A stretch of 64,000 nucleotides of DNA from an uncultured Lachnospiraceae bacterium (GTDB taxonomy: Bacteria; Bacillota; Clostridia; Christensenellales; UBA1242): assembly GCA_964541815.1 (NCBI GenBank), contig CAZIRI010000001.1:26845-90844 (forward strand), given 5' to 3'. The notes under the pieces are model-generated. The model ran no database searches. It was not told the DNA's origin and saw only the letters and a list, made by a program, of their open reading frames with translations. Positions 10,401-17,141 of the stretch are shown piece by piece. How positions within the stretch are numbered: the first letter of the stretch is position 1; each line of letters opens with the position of its first letter. The position numbers were made by a program, and so were the translations under genes.

Positions 10401-12911
10401 GTTTGAGCCGTATGTGTTTGCCATTCCCGCAACTATGTTGTATGAAACGAAAGACCCAGACCTCTCGAAAGTGTGAGTGTTTGTGATGTCAATGTTTCCT
10501 GAAACATCACTGTTTTCAACTGTGCAGTCTTCATAAGAGACTGTTGCTGATGTGTTCCATCCTCTTGCAATACCAGTTGTCAATGATCTGCTTCTGAATG
10601 CCATTGCATTATTATCATGAGCAAATGTAGAATTGTTTTTTGGATTGTATGAAACATTTGTTTGAACTTCAGAGTTTTTCACTGTGATATTTTTCATCAC
10701 AACATTTGCGCTGTCAGTGTCCTGACAATATACAGCCCCAATTGTGTATATGTTGTAGCCAGTTTCCCAATAACTTGAAATGTTGCTTGCAATGATTTCA
10801 TTTTCAATATTAACATTTGAAGAAACTTCGCAGTTGTCGACAGTCAAATTTTCAAACAATTGATAGTTTTTATCCTCACTGACGACATAATTTGCATCGC
10901 AAACCCTCTTGAAAACAAGACCTGAAACAGTCACAGTTTGTGTTTTATTTCCATTCAAGCCTTTGAGATAGTATGTGCCACCACTCAAATCATCGCCCGT
11001 ATTCTTATTTGCATTTGTATATTTCTTTGTGTCTTCATTGTAGGTGTAGTAAACTTTTCCGTTTTGAGCGGTTGTATCACTTGTCTTTGTGTAATAATCA
11101 GATTCATAATCTGTGGATTCATATTTGACAACACTGTTTTTGATTTCACAGTTTGTTGCCGAAGTGTATGCCCAGCCAAGACCAGCCACACGGAATGTTC
11201 TATTTGTGTCCCAAGTCAAATATTGTCCAGAAGATGTTCTCACCGTTCTCAACTCTTCATCATTTGGATTGACAACAACGGAGCAGTTGTTGAGTTTGCA
11301 GTTGTCATAAGATTTTGCACAAATCGCAACACCATATGCTTCTGTCCCAGAAACAACGGAGCAGTTGTTAAGTGTGATGTTAGAGAATGTCAAAGTGCTT
11401 TCACTGTTTGCACTTGCAACAATAGATGTGTATAACAAGCCTTTCATGTCAACATTTTCAAATGTCAAATTTGTGATTGCACCTTTCTTCCAGCATCCAA
11501 AGAATGAGTTGTAATATATATTGGATGTTTCAAAGTTTCTGTAATAAACATTTGAAATTGTCTTTCCATTTCCATTGAAGTTGATTTCGTTGTTGTTTCC
11601 GTCAGTGTAATTCACAATTGGAACCCATTCATATCCAGTCAAGTCAATATCATTCATAAGTGTGAATGTCTTGCCAGACAAACTTAAATCGCTTGTGTTT
11701 TTCACAGCATTGCAGTATGCAACCAAGAAAGCGAGTTCCTCTTTTGAATAAATAGTATATCCAGCACGAAAAACATAATATGGGGTTTCACTTTGGAGTT
11801 CACCACTCACAGGGTTATACATTCCGTTGTCATCTTTTGTGAAATAAGTCTCTCCACTTTTAGCGACAGTATCATTCGTTTTCATATAATTTTGGAAAAT
11901 ATTCCCATTATCTCTGTCCAATTCGTTCAATTGTTCTTTTGCCAATTCAGAATATTTCTTTCCTGCATAATCCCCACTTGACACAGTTATATCTGTGATT
12001 TTTTGCGTCACATAATATTCTTTGGTTGTGTCCAATTCTTCACCATTCAAAAGTGAAGCATATGTATATTTTCCAGAAGCATCCTTTGTGTAATATGCCA
12101 CGCCAGATTTCGCTGTCGTCACAGTGTAATAATCTCCACTCAATGTATCACCAGCAGTGAGTGTCGCCAATGTGTATGTGGCATTGTCATAAGTGTAATA
12201 ATTTTTCCCTGACACTGCTTTTGTGTCAGTCGTCTTTGTGTAGTTGTCAACCTTGTTGTATACAACGCTTGATGCGACAGAAACATCTGCACCATTGAGC
12301 AAATAATATGAACTTACATCAGTCGTCCCGACCTCAATGTTTGATGATGCAACAGGAGTATATGTTGAACCGTCATAAGAATAATATGTTCTGCCCGCTT
12401 GTGCCGTTCCCGTTGCCTTGACATATTGTGTCACCCCAACTGTGCCAGAAGCACCCGTTGAAACATCTTGAAGAACATAGTATTGTCCCTCTGAAATGCT
12501 TGAACCAACATCTGGTGTTGCTTTTGTGTATTTTTTCGATTCACTGTCATAGGTGTAATAATCAACATCTTTTTTAACTGTGCTGTCCTTTGTTTCCACA
12601 TACTCCTGCTCAACACCTGTGTCCACAGTTTGAAGACCAGAACCCGCAACAGCACTGCTGTTTGCAGAAACTGAAGATGTTTCAGTTGAAAGAGCGTCAA
12701 CAATTTCCTCCGAAACAGTTTTGTTTTGAGATTGTGATTCTCCCGTTTGAGTTGTTGTATACAAGTTGTTGTCACTCAAAGTTTGTGCCAGTGGCATAAC
12801 AGATGGCGAAGACAAAAGGACGGACAATCCCAGTGCGCTTGCTGCCAAAAAGTTTAGTGGCTTGTTTTTTGATGAACGAGTCTTTTGAATGCTAGTTTTT
12901 TTGTTTTTCAT
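4440..12911 (-). CDS. giant (2823 aa) secreted, membrane-anchored surface protein of beta-helix adhesin type
   Basis: N-terminal signal peptide (LNFLAASALGLSVLLSSPSVMPLAQT). A GLUG/beta-helix-type entry module (YSKEELAFLVAYCNAVKNT..GKTFTLMNDIDLTGYEWVPI...FNGNGKTISNVYY). Dozens of NC/NS-x-V rungs (VDNCEVSSNV, VKNSEVQTNV, VENSDVSGNI, FDNCNVTNSNVAGNL). One C-terminal TM (ALLYGLIGGGAVVVVLFGAVLLLVL, nt 4566-4640) with a 41-aa Lys-rich tail. No LPXTG motif. Confidence 0.85.
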   Translation of the reverse strand: MKNKKTSIQKTRSSKNKPLNFLAASALGLSVLLSSPSVMPLAQTLSDNNLYTTTQTGESQSQNKTVSEEIVDALSTETSSVSANSSAVAGSGLQTVDTGVEQEYVETKDSTVKKDVDYYTYDSESKKYTKATPDVGSSISEGQYYVLQDVSTGASGTVGVTQYVKATGTAQAGRTYYSYDGSTYTPVASSNIEVGTTDVSSYYLLNGADVSVASSVVYNKVDNYTKTTDTKAVSGKNYYTYDNATYTLATLTAGDTLSGDYYTVTTAKSGVAYYTKDASGKYTYASLLNGEELDTTKEYYVTQKITDITVSSGDYAGKKYSELAKEQLNELDRDNGNIFQNYMKTNDTVAKSGETYFTKDDNGMYNPVSGELQSETPYYVFRAGYTIYSKEELAFLVAYCNAVKNTSDLSLSGKTFTLMNDIDLTGYEWVPIVNYTDGNNNEINFNGNGKTISNVYYRNFETSNIYYNSFFGCWKKGAITNLTFENVDMKGLLYTSIVASANSESTLTFSNITLNNCSVVSGTEAYGVAICAKSYDNCKLNNCSVVVNPNDEELRTVRTSSGQYLTWDTNRTFRVAGLGWAYTSATNCEIKNSVVKYESTDYESDYYTKTSDTTAQNGKVYYTYNEDTKKYTNANKNTGDDLSGGTYYLKGLNGNKTQTVTVSGLVFKRVCDANYVVSEDKNYQLFENLTVDNCEVSSNVNIENEIIASNISSYWETGYNIYTIGAVYCQDTDSANVVMKNITVKNSEVQTNVSYNPKNNSTFAHDNNAMAFRSRSLTTGIARGWNTSATVSYEDCTVENSDVSGNIDITNTHTFERSGSFVSYNIVAGMANTYGSNTTTVHNTFDNCNVTNSNVAGNLTVNNTCVGEYFTKTSDTTAQSGRVYYTYNASDDKYEKANVTVGASMSGDYYVQTDKYYKMHAMQSVSGMGTPIYSEWPSLSSGSATANYTDCHVTSCDLVNKVDGVLDFGNYRPGLNLSSYYNPYLSWNMIQTYTFGIGSGSFDNCSVEKVHYKLDNSYEAKINDKDSYGYTDDQWDSFFYDRNCTQNLYGVGTLFNAGVTETLSSSTDSNTATRSTAKSYATNTSVKNCVFDLDANREYVDVSGMFYSEGNVKEIDVENCSISNCDINGNAQKENNARFRFTGILWQNNDRYFDSSDMNRYGDTAFGKTTFKNNSVKNVSYDLYANSGASYYGAYYTAYARWYNIEVDNIQMDQVDVNIHRENVAGRDQSIVAYGMGYISGRNKLSVTNCSLTNSKLVATSKDAVFNNQNYVTGMFTLSMDNASGYLTDDITYDKNVVDNCIIKADAINTYSSTYTKHGDYKGYSLVVGNVKREDNCNRKLNVTNCETKESTITANSTRNSAYAVGVCYANDTTWTPGYYDRTRIENCYSTKNDISATRTNQTYTESGITKTYKIPDDADVRASGVAFYVSQAIGCVNTSTVSAVNDKSSAFTCGISYISANKVERCLNFGELSATGSTTSWVAGIAYASTLFDTCANYGTLTGQRVGGITTDYSSYYDETIVNCLNAGDIYDNMRGTSYLGGIIGLRDARNDSSERTIRLENCVSTGHIYTEDLSSGELLSTPTTRCYMGMLYGCFNATNGSSSYKENIYIRNNYVLNNIKSGSDDIKHDFSKQVYGLTQSNYVWNTFGENYCGNKRAVYNRFYAGLRDGYIANNVIVDSVSGLKDLSVKGCDEYTVLTSLSDLYESATGTAQSGTKYFTLTNGTYEKVTVADGTDVSGYYVRKTVYKYNDLSVSSNTIEQQAGYSGKVFTFDDSLTDEKQFSSNILCVKNTVSASDVKKNDGLTEWTFTDTSKNSNPEQDYQLTKKIVVYDLGDNTGVTPVAEVVDADGNGKYTFNVQGAFIDEDTPVISSFGDTLKSWNGTEVTPTSYTMGASAELSSQITVLTAVVGNAEYKVATVSSDNEKDVTLTADKTAVDKDTDGITLTVKYTGTGTSVQNIIWQAYNKDTGKYIQIGRSDGTALTGNEGNKTATKTFTKNELLTCLQSYGYLENQVENLAFGVSLSGTTTYAVSVEKTTDGESLDNCTISVISDDATSSNVLQNRISATQSATITIKADKYYTIKGVTLGNGAKATLSSESNNGSQYTATISSVSADTAISVDVEKIAYKFAVSIKNKSGVTISTTSNNLSSSLIKDIDTKTVSVNAEVSDLEVNTDSEDSRVKTVDGVMYRFIGWKYADSDEYFTTEKKISKLAVTEADMNKYLDSDNKFQFVAVFQRQYNLTINVGNDAFVSTNTTYSYTQATNYIEGTEYYVLNGEQYELDTSVTSETFENGAYYTKQENTSTETDTAFSSYYTLTYKDENGDKQTISSLNDGVYSDAMVYTLDEDTKITINIKGNKRVSLDETASTIGGVSLNQDDDYASNKIGNKSFTDNLEINLVFVSKNLTISKDAVELSKVTDPVDGENVRSATQYASGIIYYDVYDADGNFLESNTSNGWALGQKIKLVYGTSEQGSETLANKVLLDNMEYRFAGYMLKSLAGQYVSVAEIVDKDGFITIDNTFYDRYVDDAGNVDIMAEIIKQYNVVVSATGLTASDGKTDNIQMGSYRVDVLDENNAVIGSFASDGTKNLTSERIRVKDDDTMLFDTGLTLKVYATTESAYADFVSADSNTESFVSENGKDVATLNITSAKTIAFGFEKATYQLQAVYNAEITADIKYTETFQLGDTIMISYTPKGTYSIKDWKIAGKTLEELGAKQEGNTVTVVATEEFLDAMASANLLEEDNLTLNNDIKTAIANALLYGLIGGGAVVVVLFGAVLLLVLRSKKLKAQKEESEKKYQAIAKKFGVADMIKDLKAGKDINNK
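11766..12599 (-). repeat. protein-level Tyr-rich repeat region (about 9 units) at the N-terminus of the giant protein
   Basis: Units follow the pattern G-x-x-YY-T/S-Y/K-D/N...Y-T/E...A...G...S/G-x-YY-V/L. Examples: VDYYTYDSESKKYTKATPDVGSSISEGQYYVL, GRTYYSYDGSTYTPVASSNIEVGTTDVSSYYLL, GKNYYTYDNATYTLATLTAGDTLSGDYYTV. Two further near-identical copies are embedded in the beta-helix region, at nt 10965-11102 and 10179-10310. Confidence 0.7.
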
Positions 12912-13232
12912 TTTACTCTCCTTACAAAAATTTAATTACACAAAGAATTAAATCACCTTTAGTATAATCAATTTTTTTGCAAACTCAAAATATTTTTCAA
13001 AAAAAACAAAAAAAATTTTATAAAAAATAAAAATCTTCGCAAAATTCATTCTCCCACACTCCCCCATGGTGAAAAGTGGAATAAATGCAAGTATAACAAG
13101 ATAACAAAAAATTCAATTTTATGTGATTATTTGCCATTTTGAAAGTTGTCCAAAAAAAACAAATTCTCGTATAAAAAAAACTCTCCACAGATTTTTCTCC
13201 CTGGAAAGTTTTTTGATATTTGACTTTCAAAT

Positions 13233-13805
13233 CTAGTCGTCTTGCTTCGACCCGCATTTTTCGCAATAGAGTGCGGATTGTTTTATTTTTGCCCCGCAAT
13301 ATTGACAATATTTTGTCTCAGTTTCAGTTTTCTGCTCGGTCTTCCTTTCAACCTTTTTCTCGCCCACCTCAAAATCACCAAATTCCACATCTGGCAAATA
13401 CAATTCTTCGCCTTGAAAATTTGTGATGTGTTGTTCTTGATTGTTGATAAACACAGAAAATTTAGGTTTTGGCGTAAACCAATAATTTCCAACATTGATT
13501 CTTATGCTCAAATTTGGACTTTGATAAGTCAAAGTTTTGCCCACAGAATATGATATCGGTTGGGAATCAACAAGTTTATCTCCAATAAACAATTGTCCTG
13601 CTTTGTATTGTGAACCCGCAACAAAAGATATTTTCACTCCATTGAGAAAGAAATAGTATGTTTTATGATAGTTTTGAACACTTTGTATGCAAAATACTAT
13701 AACCCAACAAATAAAAGCAATCAATGCTATCAACATAACAACCACAAAAACAGCAAACATACGCCTTGAAACCCCATATTTTTTTCTTGTGTTTGAAATA
13801 GACAA
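13233..13805 (-). CDS. single-pass membrane protein with a C-terminal zinc ribbon
   Basis: TM segment FAVFVVVMLIALIAFICWVIVFCI. C-terminal YCQYCGAKIKQSALYCEKCGSKQ (CxxC-x9-CxxC). The start is uncertain: the ATG at 13805 lies 3 nt from the tRNA-Arg 3' end with no room for an SD, and the internal Met16 is an alternative. Confidence 0.6.
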   Translation of the reverse strand: MSISNTRKKYGVSRRMFAVFVVVMLIALIAFICWVIVFCIQSVQNYHKTYYFFLNGVKISFVAGSQYKAGQLFIGDKLVDSQPISYSVGKTLTYQSPNLSIRINVGNYWFTPKPKFSVFINNQEQHITNFQGEELYLPDVEFGDFEVGEKKVERKTEQKTETETKYCQYCGAKIKQSALYCEKCGSKQDD

Positions 13806-13807
13806 TT

Positions 13808-13884
13808 TGGTGCGCCTGGAGGAGTTCGAATCCCCAACCTTTGGTTCCGTAGACCAACGCTCTATCCAGTTGAGCTACAAGCGC
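13808..13884 (-). tRNA. tRNA-Arg (anticodon ACG), CCA encoded
   Basis: The reverse complement is GCGCTTGTAGCTCAACTGGATAGAGCGTTGGTCTACGGAACCAAAGGTTGGGGATTCGAACTCCTCCAGGCGCACCA. It folds as a cloverleaf by hand, with anticodon loop CTACGGA and T-loop GGTTCGAAT-like. Confidence 0.9.
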
Positions 13885-13924
13885 ATATAAAACAACCTAA
13901 TTATAGATTGTTTTTTTTGATATG

Positions 13925-14677
13925 TCAAGTGTTTTTATCTCGGTTTCGATAATATTCTTCGTCATCGAAGTCATTGATTTTTTCCAATTCGGAGAGAGCG
14001 TCATTCTCTTCCGCCTTTTTTCTGACTCTCTTTATTATCCTTGGAACAATGAAGTAAGCCGACACAATCACCAAAGCAATCACAATAAAGATATTTGCGA
14101 AAATGAAATTTGACAAATTGAATCTCTTATCCATTATTGTTGACATCAAATCATCAAGTGTCATCATGAGCGCTTCACTTCGAGTGATGCCATTTGTGTT
14201 TGATTTGTCAACAAGCGTGTCCACAAAATCTTGTGCCATATCGTCCGTGAGAATATCCTTAATCTCTTCTCCACGAATATTGGATAAATGACTAATTTCA
14301 TCCCAGCAAACTGTTATCAGCCAATGTTTTTCATCGTGTATATTACGACAATAGGTTGCATATGTCCATTCCGATACATCACTTGGATTTGCTTTACTTT
14401 TTTTGATTGTATAAATAGAAATTGTGATTCCTGTCTTATCTTGAAACTCTTTAAGTTTGTTTTTCAAATCTTCCTTATTTGCATACATGCCCAAACCGTC
14501 TGAAATAACAATTTCAGAATCCTCTGGCAATGAGAGTTTTTGTGGAACATACACTGTTTTTGAATAGAAAATTATTGAGGAAGTCAAACAAATTGCCACA
14601 CAAATCAATATCACAACTCGTGTCAGAATTTTTTCTGGTTTTGTTCTTTTTGAGACCATAAAATTTCCCCTTTTCAA
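13925..14677 (-). CDS. TPM-like domain membrane protein, paralog 1 of 4
   Basis: N-terminal TM, then LPEDSEIVISDGLGMYANKEDLKNKLKEFQDKTGITISIYT...DEKHWLITV, then a C-terminal TM. The pattern matches the TPM (TLP18.3/Psb32/MOLO-1, YgcG-like) core V-x-D-x-a-x-v-l...L...l..f..ktG..i.v. Confidence 0.6.
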   Translation of the reverse strand: MKRGNFMVSKRTKPEKILTRVVILICVAICLTSSIIFYSKTVYVPQKLSLPEDSEIVISDGLGMYANKEDLKNKLKEFQDKTGITISIYTIKKSKANPSDVSEWTYATYCRNIHDEKHWLITVCWDEISHLSNIRGEEIKDILTDDMAQDFVDTLVDKSNTNGITRSEALMMTLDDLMSTIMDKRFNLSNFIFANIFIVIALVIVSAYFIVPRIIKRVRKKAEENDALSELEKINDFDDEEYYRNRDKNT

Positions 14678-14683
14678 ATATGT

Positions 14684-15403
14684 TTAATGTGTTTTATAGT
14701 AAATAAAAATGTATAATGCAACAATAGTTCCAATAACAAACCAAACAACTCCCATAACAACAAAAACAGTGTCCACATGAAATTTCATCACACTTGTGGC
14801 AGTCTCATCAAATGCTTTTGCGACTGCCTGGCTCTTTGTGTATAAAGTGTCCGTATAAAGATATTTTTTTAGTTGAATATGGAGATCGGAGGTATAACTA
14901 TCTTCAAGAAGTTTGGCGGTATATCCCCCACGATAACTCGCAATCTCCACAACTCCTGAAGAAGCAAACGAACAAACAGCAACAAAATGTCGTTCATCTT
15001 CTCCAAAATTGGTTCTATAACAATATTCCGCATACGTTCCCAAACTGCTGTATGACGACTCCCAATTTTCTTGAGTTGTTGTGCAGACCATGGCAGTTAT
15101 TCCAGTTTTGTCTTGAAAGTTTTTCAGTGCAGTTTCCAGTTCTGATGTGTCATCAAACACACTCGCTTTGTCCTCAATTTTTATCTCCGAATTTGCTGAC
15201 ACACTCACTTTGTTTGGATAGTGAGCATCAGCAAAAATAAAAGCCAAACTAGGGAGCAAAAACATAAATATCAGCATAAGAACCCAAGAAATTATTTGTC
15301 CTTTTCTTGAAAGTTGTCCACCCATAGTCGAACTCCACCATGCCGAAGTTTCCTTCTTCTTCACCCCTCGTTTTTTTATTTCATCATCTGTCACAAATGG
15401 CAT
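14684..15403 (-). CDS. TPM-like domain membrane protein, paralog 2 of 4
   Basis: Starts MPFVTDDEIK. N-terminal TM, then IKIEDKASVFDDTSELETALKNFQDKTGITAMVCT...DERHFVAVC, then a C-terminal TM. Confidence 0.6.
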   Translation of the reverse strand: MPFVTDDEIKKRGVKKKETSAWWSSTMGGQLSRKGQIISWVLMLIFMFLLPSLAFIFADAHYPNKVSVSANSEIKIEDKASVFDDTSELETALKNFQDKTGITAMVCTTTQENWESSYSSLGTYAEYCYRTNFGEDERHFVAVCSFASSGVVEIASYRGGYTAKLLEDSYTSDLHIQLKKYLYTDTLYTKSQAVAKAFDETATSVMKFHVDTVFVVMGVVWFVIGTIVALYIFIYYKTH

Positions 15404-15414
15404 ATTTTTCTCCT
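15375..15414 (-). repeat. 40-nt block identical to 16164-16203 (SD plus the first 9 codons of paralogs 2 and 3)
   Basis: Both copies read tttatttcatcatctgtcacaaatggcatatttttctcct on the + strand. Confidence 0.9.
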
Positions 15415-15421
15415 GTTATCA

Positions 15422-16192
15422 TCAATATTCATTTTTTTCAGTTTTTGTTTTTTTTGATTGTTTATTTTTATGTTTCTCTTTCCACTTCTCCTTGTTGACT
15501 ATAATAAGCACAATAGAAGTAATAACAGCCCATCCAAACAAAATACAGAGAAAAACAATCCCCCCAGCATTCACTTTCATCGCATTTGTGGCAGTTTCAT
15601 CAAATGCTTTTGCAAATGCTTGCTCTGCCGTGTAGGCACTTTTATTATACAAGTATTTCTTCAATTGTATTTCAAAGTTTTCAACATACTTATCTTTAAG
15701 AAGTTTGCTTGTGCCCACCCCTCGACAACTTGCAATAGTTATTCCATCGGTTCCATCTGAATAAACAACAACCCAATGCTTTTCATCTTCAAATTTGTTT
15801 AGATAACAAGACTTTGCATATGCTTTCAAAGTGTCAAATTCTGCACTCCAAGTCTCCTCATTTGTTAAATAAACCATGACAGTTATTCCAGTTTTGTCTT
15901 GAAAATTTTGCAGTGTCGTTTCCAATTCCGATTTGTCACCAATCACACCCGCATCATCCACAACTTGAACCTGTGAATTCGCTGGCAATGCTATCTTTTG
16001 AGGTATAGGAGACATAAGAAAGCAAAAGAAAATGCCCGAAATCACACACACCACCACACCCCAAAAAAAAGCAGAAATCGTTTTATCTCCAGCCGTCTTC
16101 TCTACAACATCACCTGTTTTTGGATTGATTTGCTCAGTTTTTTTTGGTCCTTTATAAGCTTCCTTTATTTCATCATCTGTCACAAATGGCAT
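15422..16192 (-). CDS. TPM-like domain membrane protein, paralog 3 of 4
   Basis: Starts MPFVTDDEIK. N-terminal TM, then VQVVDDAGVIGDKSELETTLQNFQDKTGITVMVYL...DEKHWVVVY, then a C-terminal TM. Confidence 0.6.
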   Translation of the reverse strand: MPFVTDDEIKEAYKGPKKTEQINPKTGDVVEKTAGDKTISAFFWGVVVCVISGIFFCFLMSPIPQKIALPANSQVQVVDDAGVIGDKSELETTLQNFQDKTGITVMVYLTNEETWSAEFDTLKAYAKSCYLNKFEDEKHWVVVYSDGTDGITIASCRGVGTSKLLKDKYVENFEIQLKKYLYNKSAYTAEQAFAKAFDETATNAMKVNAGGIVFLCILFGWAVITSIVLIIVNKEKWKEKHKNKQSKKTKTEKNEY

Positions 16193-16203
16193 ATTTTTCT
16201 CCT
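16164..16203 (-). repeat. second copy of the 40-nt identical block
   Basis: Same 40-mer as 15375-15414. Similarity drops on both sides of the block. Confidence 0.9.
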
Positions 16204-16211
16204 ATCACTTT

Positions 16212-17054
16212 CTATTGTCCACCGTCATAATAGGTGTCATCAACATACATTTCCTCTTCGTCAATATTTGTTTTTTCTCTCTGTGCATTATTTCTTCTTG
16301 CTTTTGCCCGCAATATTGCTGGACGAATAACAACAAAAATCATAAGAAGAGCGGGAACAACAACAAAAACTGCACCAGCAACAAATACCCCCCAATTGAT
16401 TGTGTGATCCATTATTGTTGGGGTGACCTCCTTAAAAGCCTCTGTGAATGCCTGATTGACTGTATATATCTCATTTGCAAGTATTTTATCTCGCAATATA
16501 TCTGAAAAATTATCATAAATTTCTCTTGTAAGAATACCGTCCGTGTCATCTCCTTGCTCACTCGCCCATTCTTCCAAGCCACAATAAACAAAAATCCAAT
16601 GCTTTTGGTCATTTGGGCTTTTGTTGAGATAATAATAATGGGCCTCTCTCTCAACAGTCAGACTATACTTTTGACTTGAATTTACTGTGTATATACCAAC
16701 AGTTATTCCTGTTTCCTCTTGAAAATCTTCAAGAACAGCCCTCAATTCAGTTGTATCACCAAGAATGCCCACCGTCCCGTCATCATTCTTATAGTTGTCA
16801 ACAATTTCAATTTTCGAATCCTCTGGCAAAGTCAATTTTTCTGGGTTGTGAAATGCACAAGACGCTATAACAAATATGCCCGCAGCAATAATTAAAGAAA
16901 AAAATGGCACAAGAATCCAATTTATTTTGTCCCAATCACCACTGCCATGCGGATGATGCATGTGATGATGCGGACCACCGCCCACACGAACTGACGAATG
17001 ACTTGAAGAGCCACTTCTTGAACCACCTCTTGATGAAGATGATAAATGTGACAT
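16212..17054 (-). CDS. TPM-like domain membrane protein, paralog 4 of 4, with a Ser/Gly/His-rich N-terminus
   Basis: N-terminus MSHLSSSSRGGSRSGSSSHSSVRVGGGPHHHMHHPHGSG, then a TM. The core is IEIVDNYKNDDGTVGILGDTTELRAVLEDFQEETGITVGIYT...DQKHWIFVY, followed by a C-terminal TM. AGGAGG precedes the ATG. Confidence 0.6.
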   Translation of the reverse strand: MSHLSSSSRGGSRSGSSSHSSVRVGGGPHHHMHHPHGSGDWDKINWILVPFFSLIIAAGIFVIASCAFHNPEKLTLPEDSKIEIVDNYKNDDGTVGILGDTTELRAVLEDFQEETGITVGIYTVNSSQKYSLTVEREAHYYYLNKSPNDQKHWIFVYCGLEEWASEQGDDTDGILTREIYDNFSDILRDKILANEIYTVNQAFTEAFKEVTPTIMDHTINWGVFVAGAVFVVVPALLMIFVVIRPAILRAKARRNNAQREKTNIDEEEMYVDDTYYDGGQ

Positions 17055-17141
17055 GATAAAACCTCCTATGTGTTAAATTTCAATATAAATGACAAAAATG
17101 AAAAGCCATTTTGTCACGAATATTCGAACTTTTCAAGCATA

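Noticed and set aside
4515-12799. About 20 ORFs of 60-165 aa, antisense or out of frame, inside the giant surface-protein gene (for example 10938-11435 +, 6226-6672 +).
   Set aside because: All are fully nested in a continuous 8.5-kb ORF with coherent domain and repeat structure. Their products are low-complexity Cys/Phe/Leu-rich strings, and I saw no convincing SD where I checked. They are frame-shadow artefacts of AT-rich coding DNA.
12912-13232. Relatively GC-richer patch (cccacactcccccatggtgaaaagtgg, about 13050-13085) in the giant-gene upstream region, as a possible RNA element; also the 96-aa ORF 13018-13308.
   Set aside because: I could not derive a convincing stem-loop or a known motif. 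The ORF lacks an SD and overlaps the 3' end of the zinc-ribbon gene.
13663-13890. ORFs 13663-13857 (-) and 13687-13890 (+).
   Set aside because: They overlap tRNA-Arg and the better-supported zinc-ribbon membrane protein gene.
16063-16070. Homopolymer tracts in surface and envelope genes as phase-variation switches (A8/T8 in TPM paralog 3; A7 in codons 2-6 of the giant protein near 12894-12900).
   Set aside because: Tracts of 7-8 nt are common throughout this AT-rich sequence, including in housekeeping genes. There is no evidence of length variation from a single sequence.
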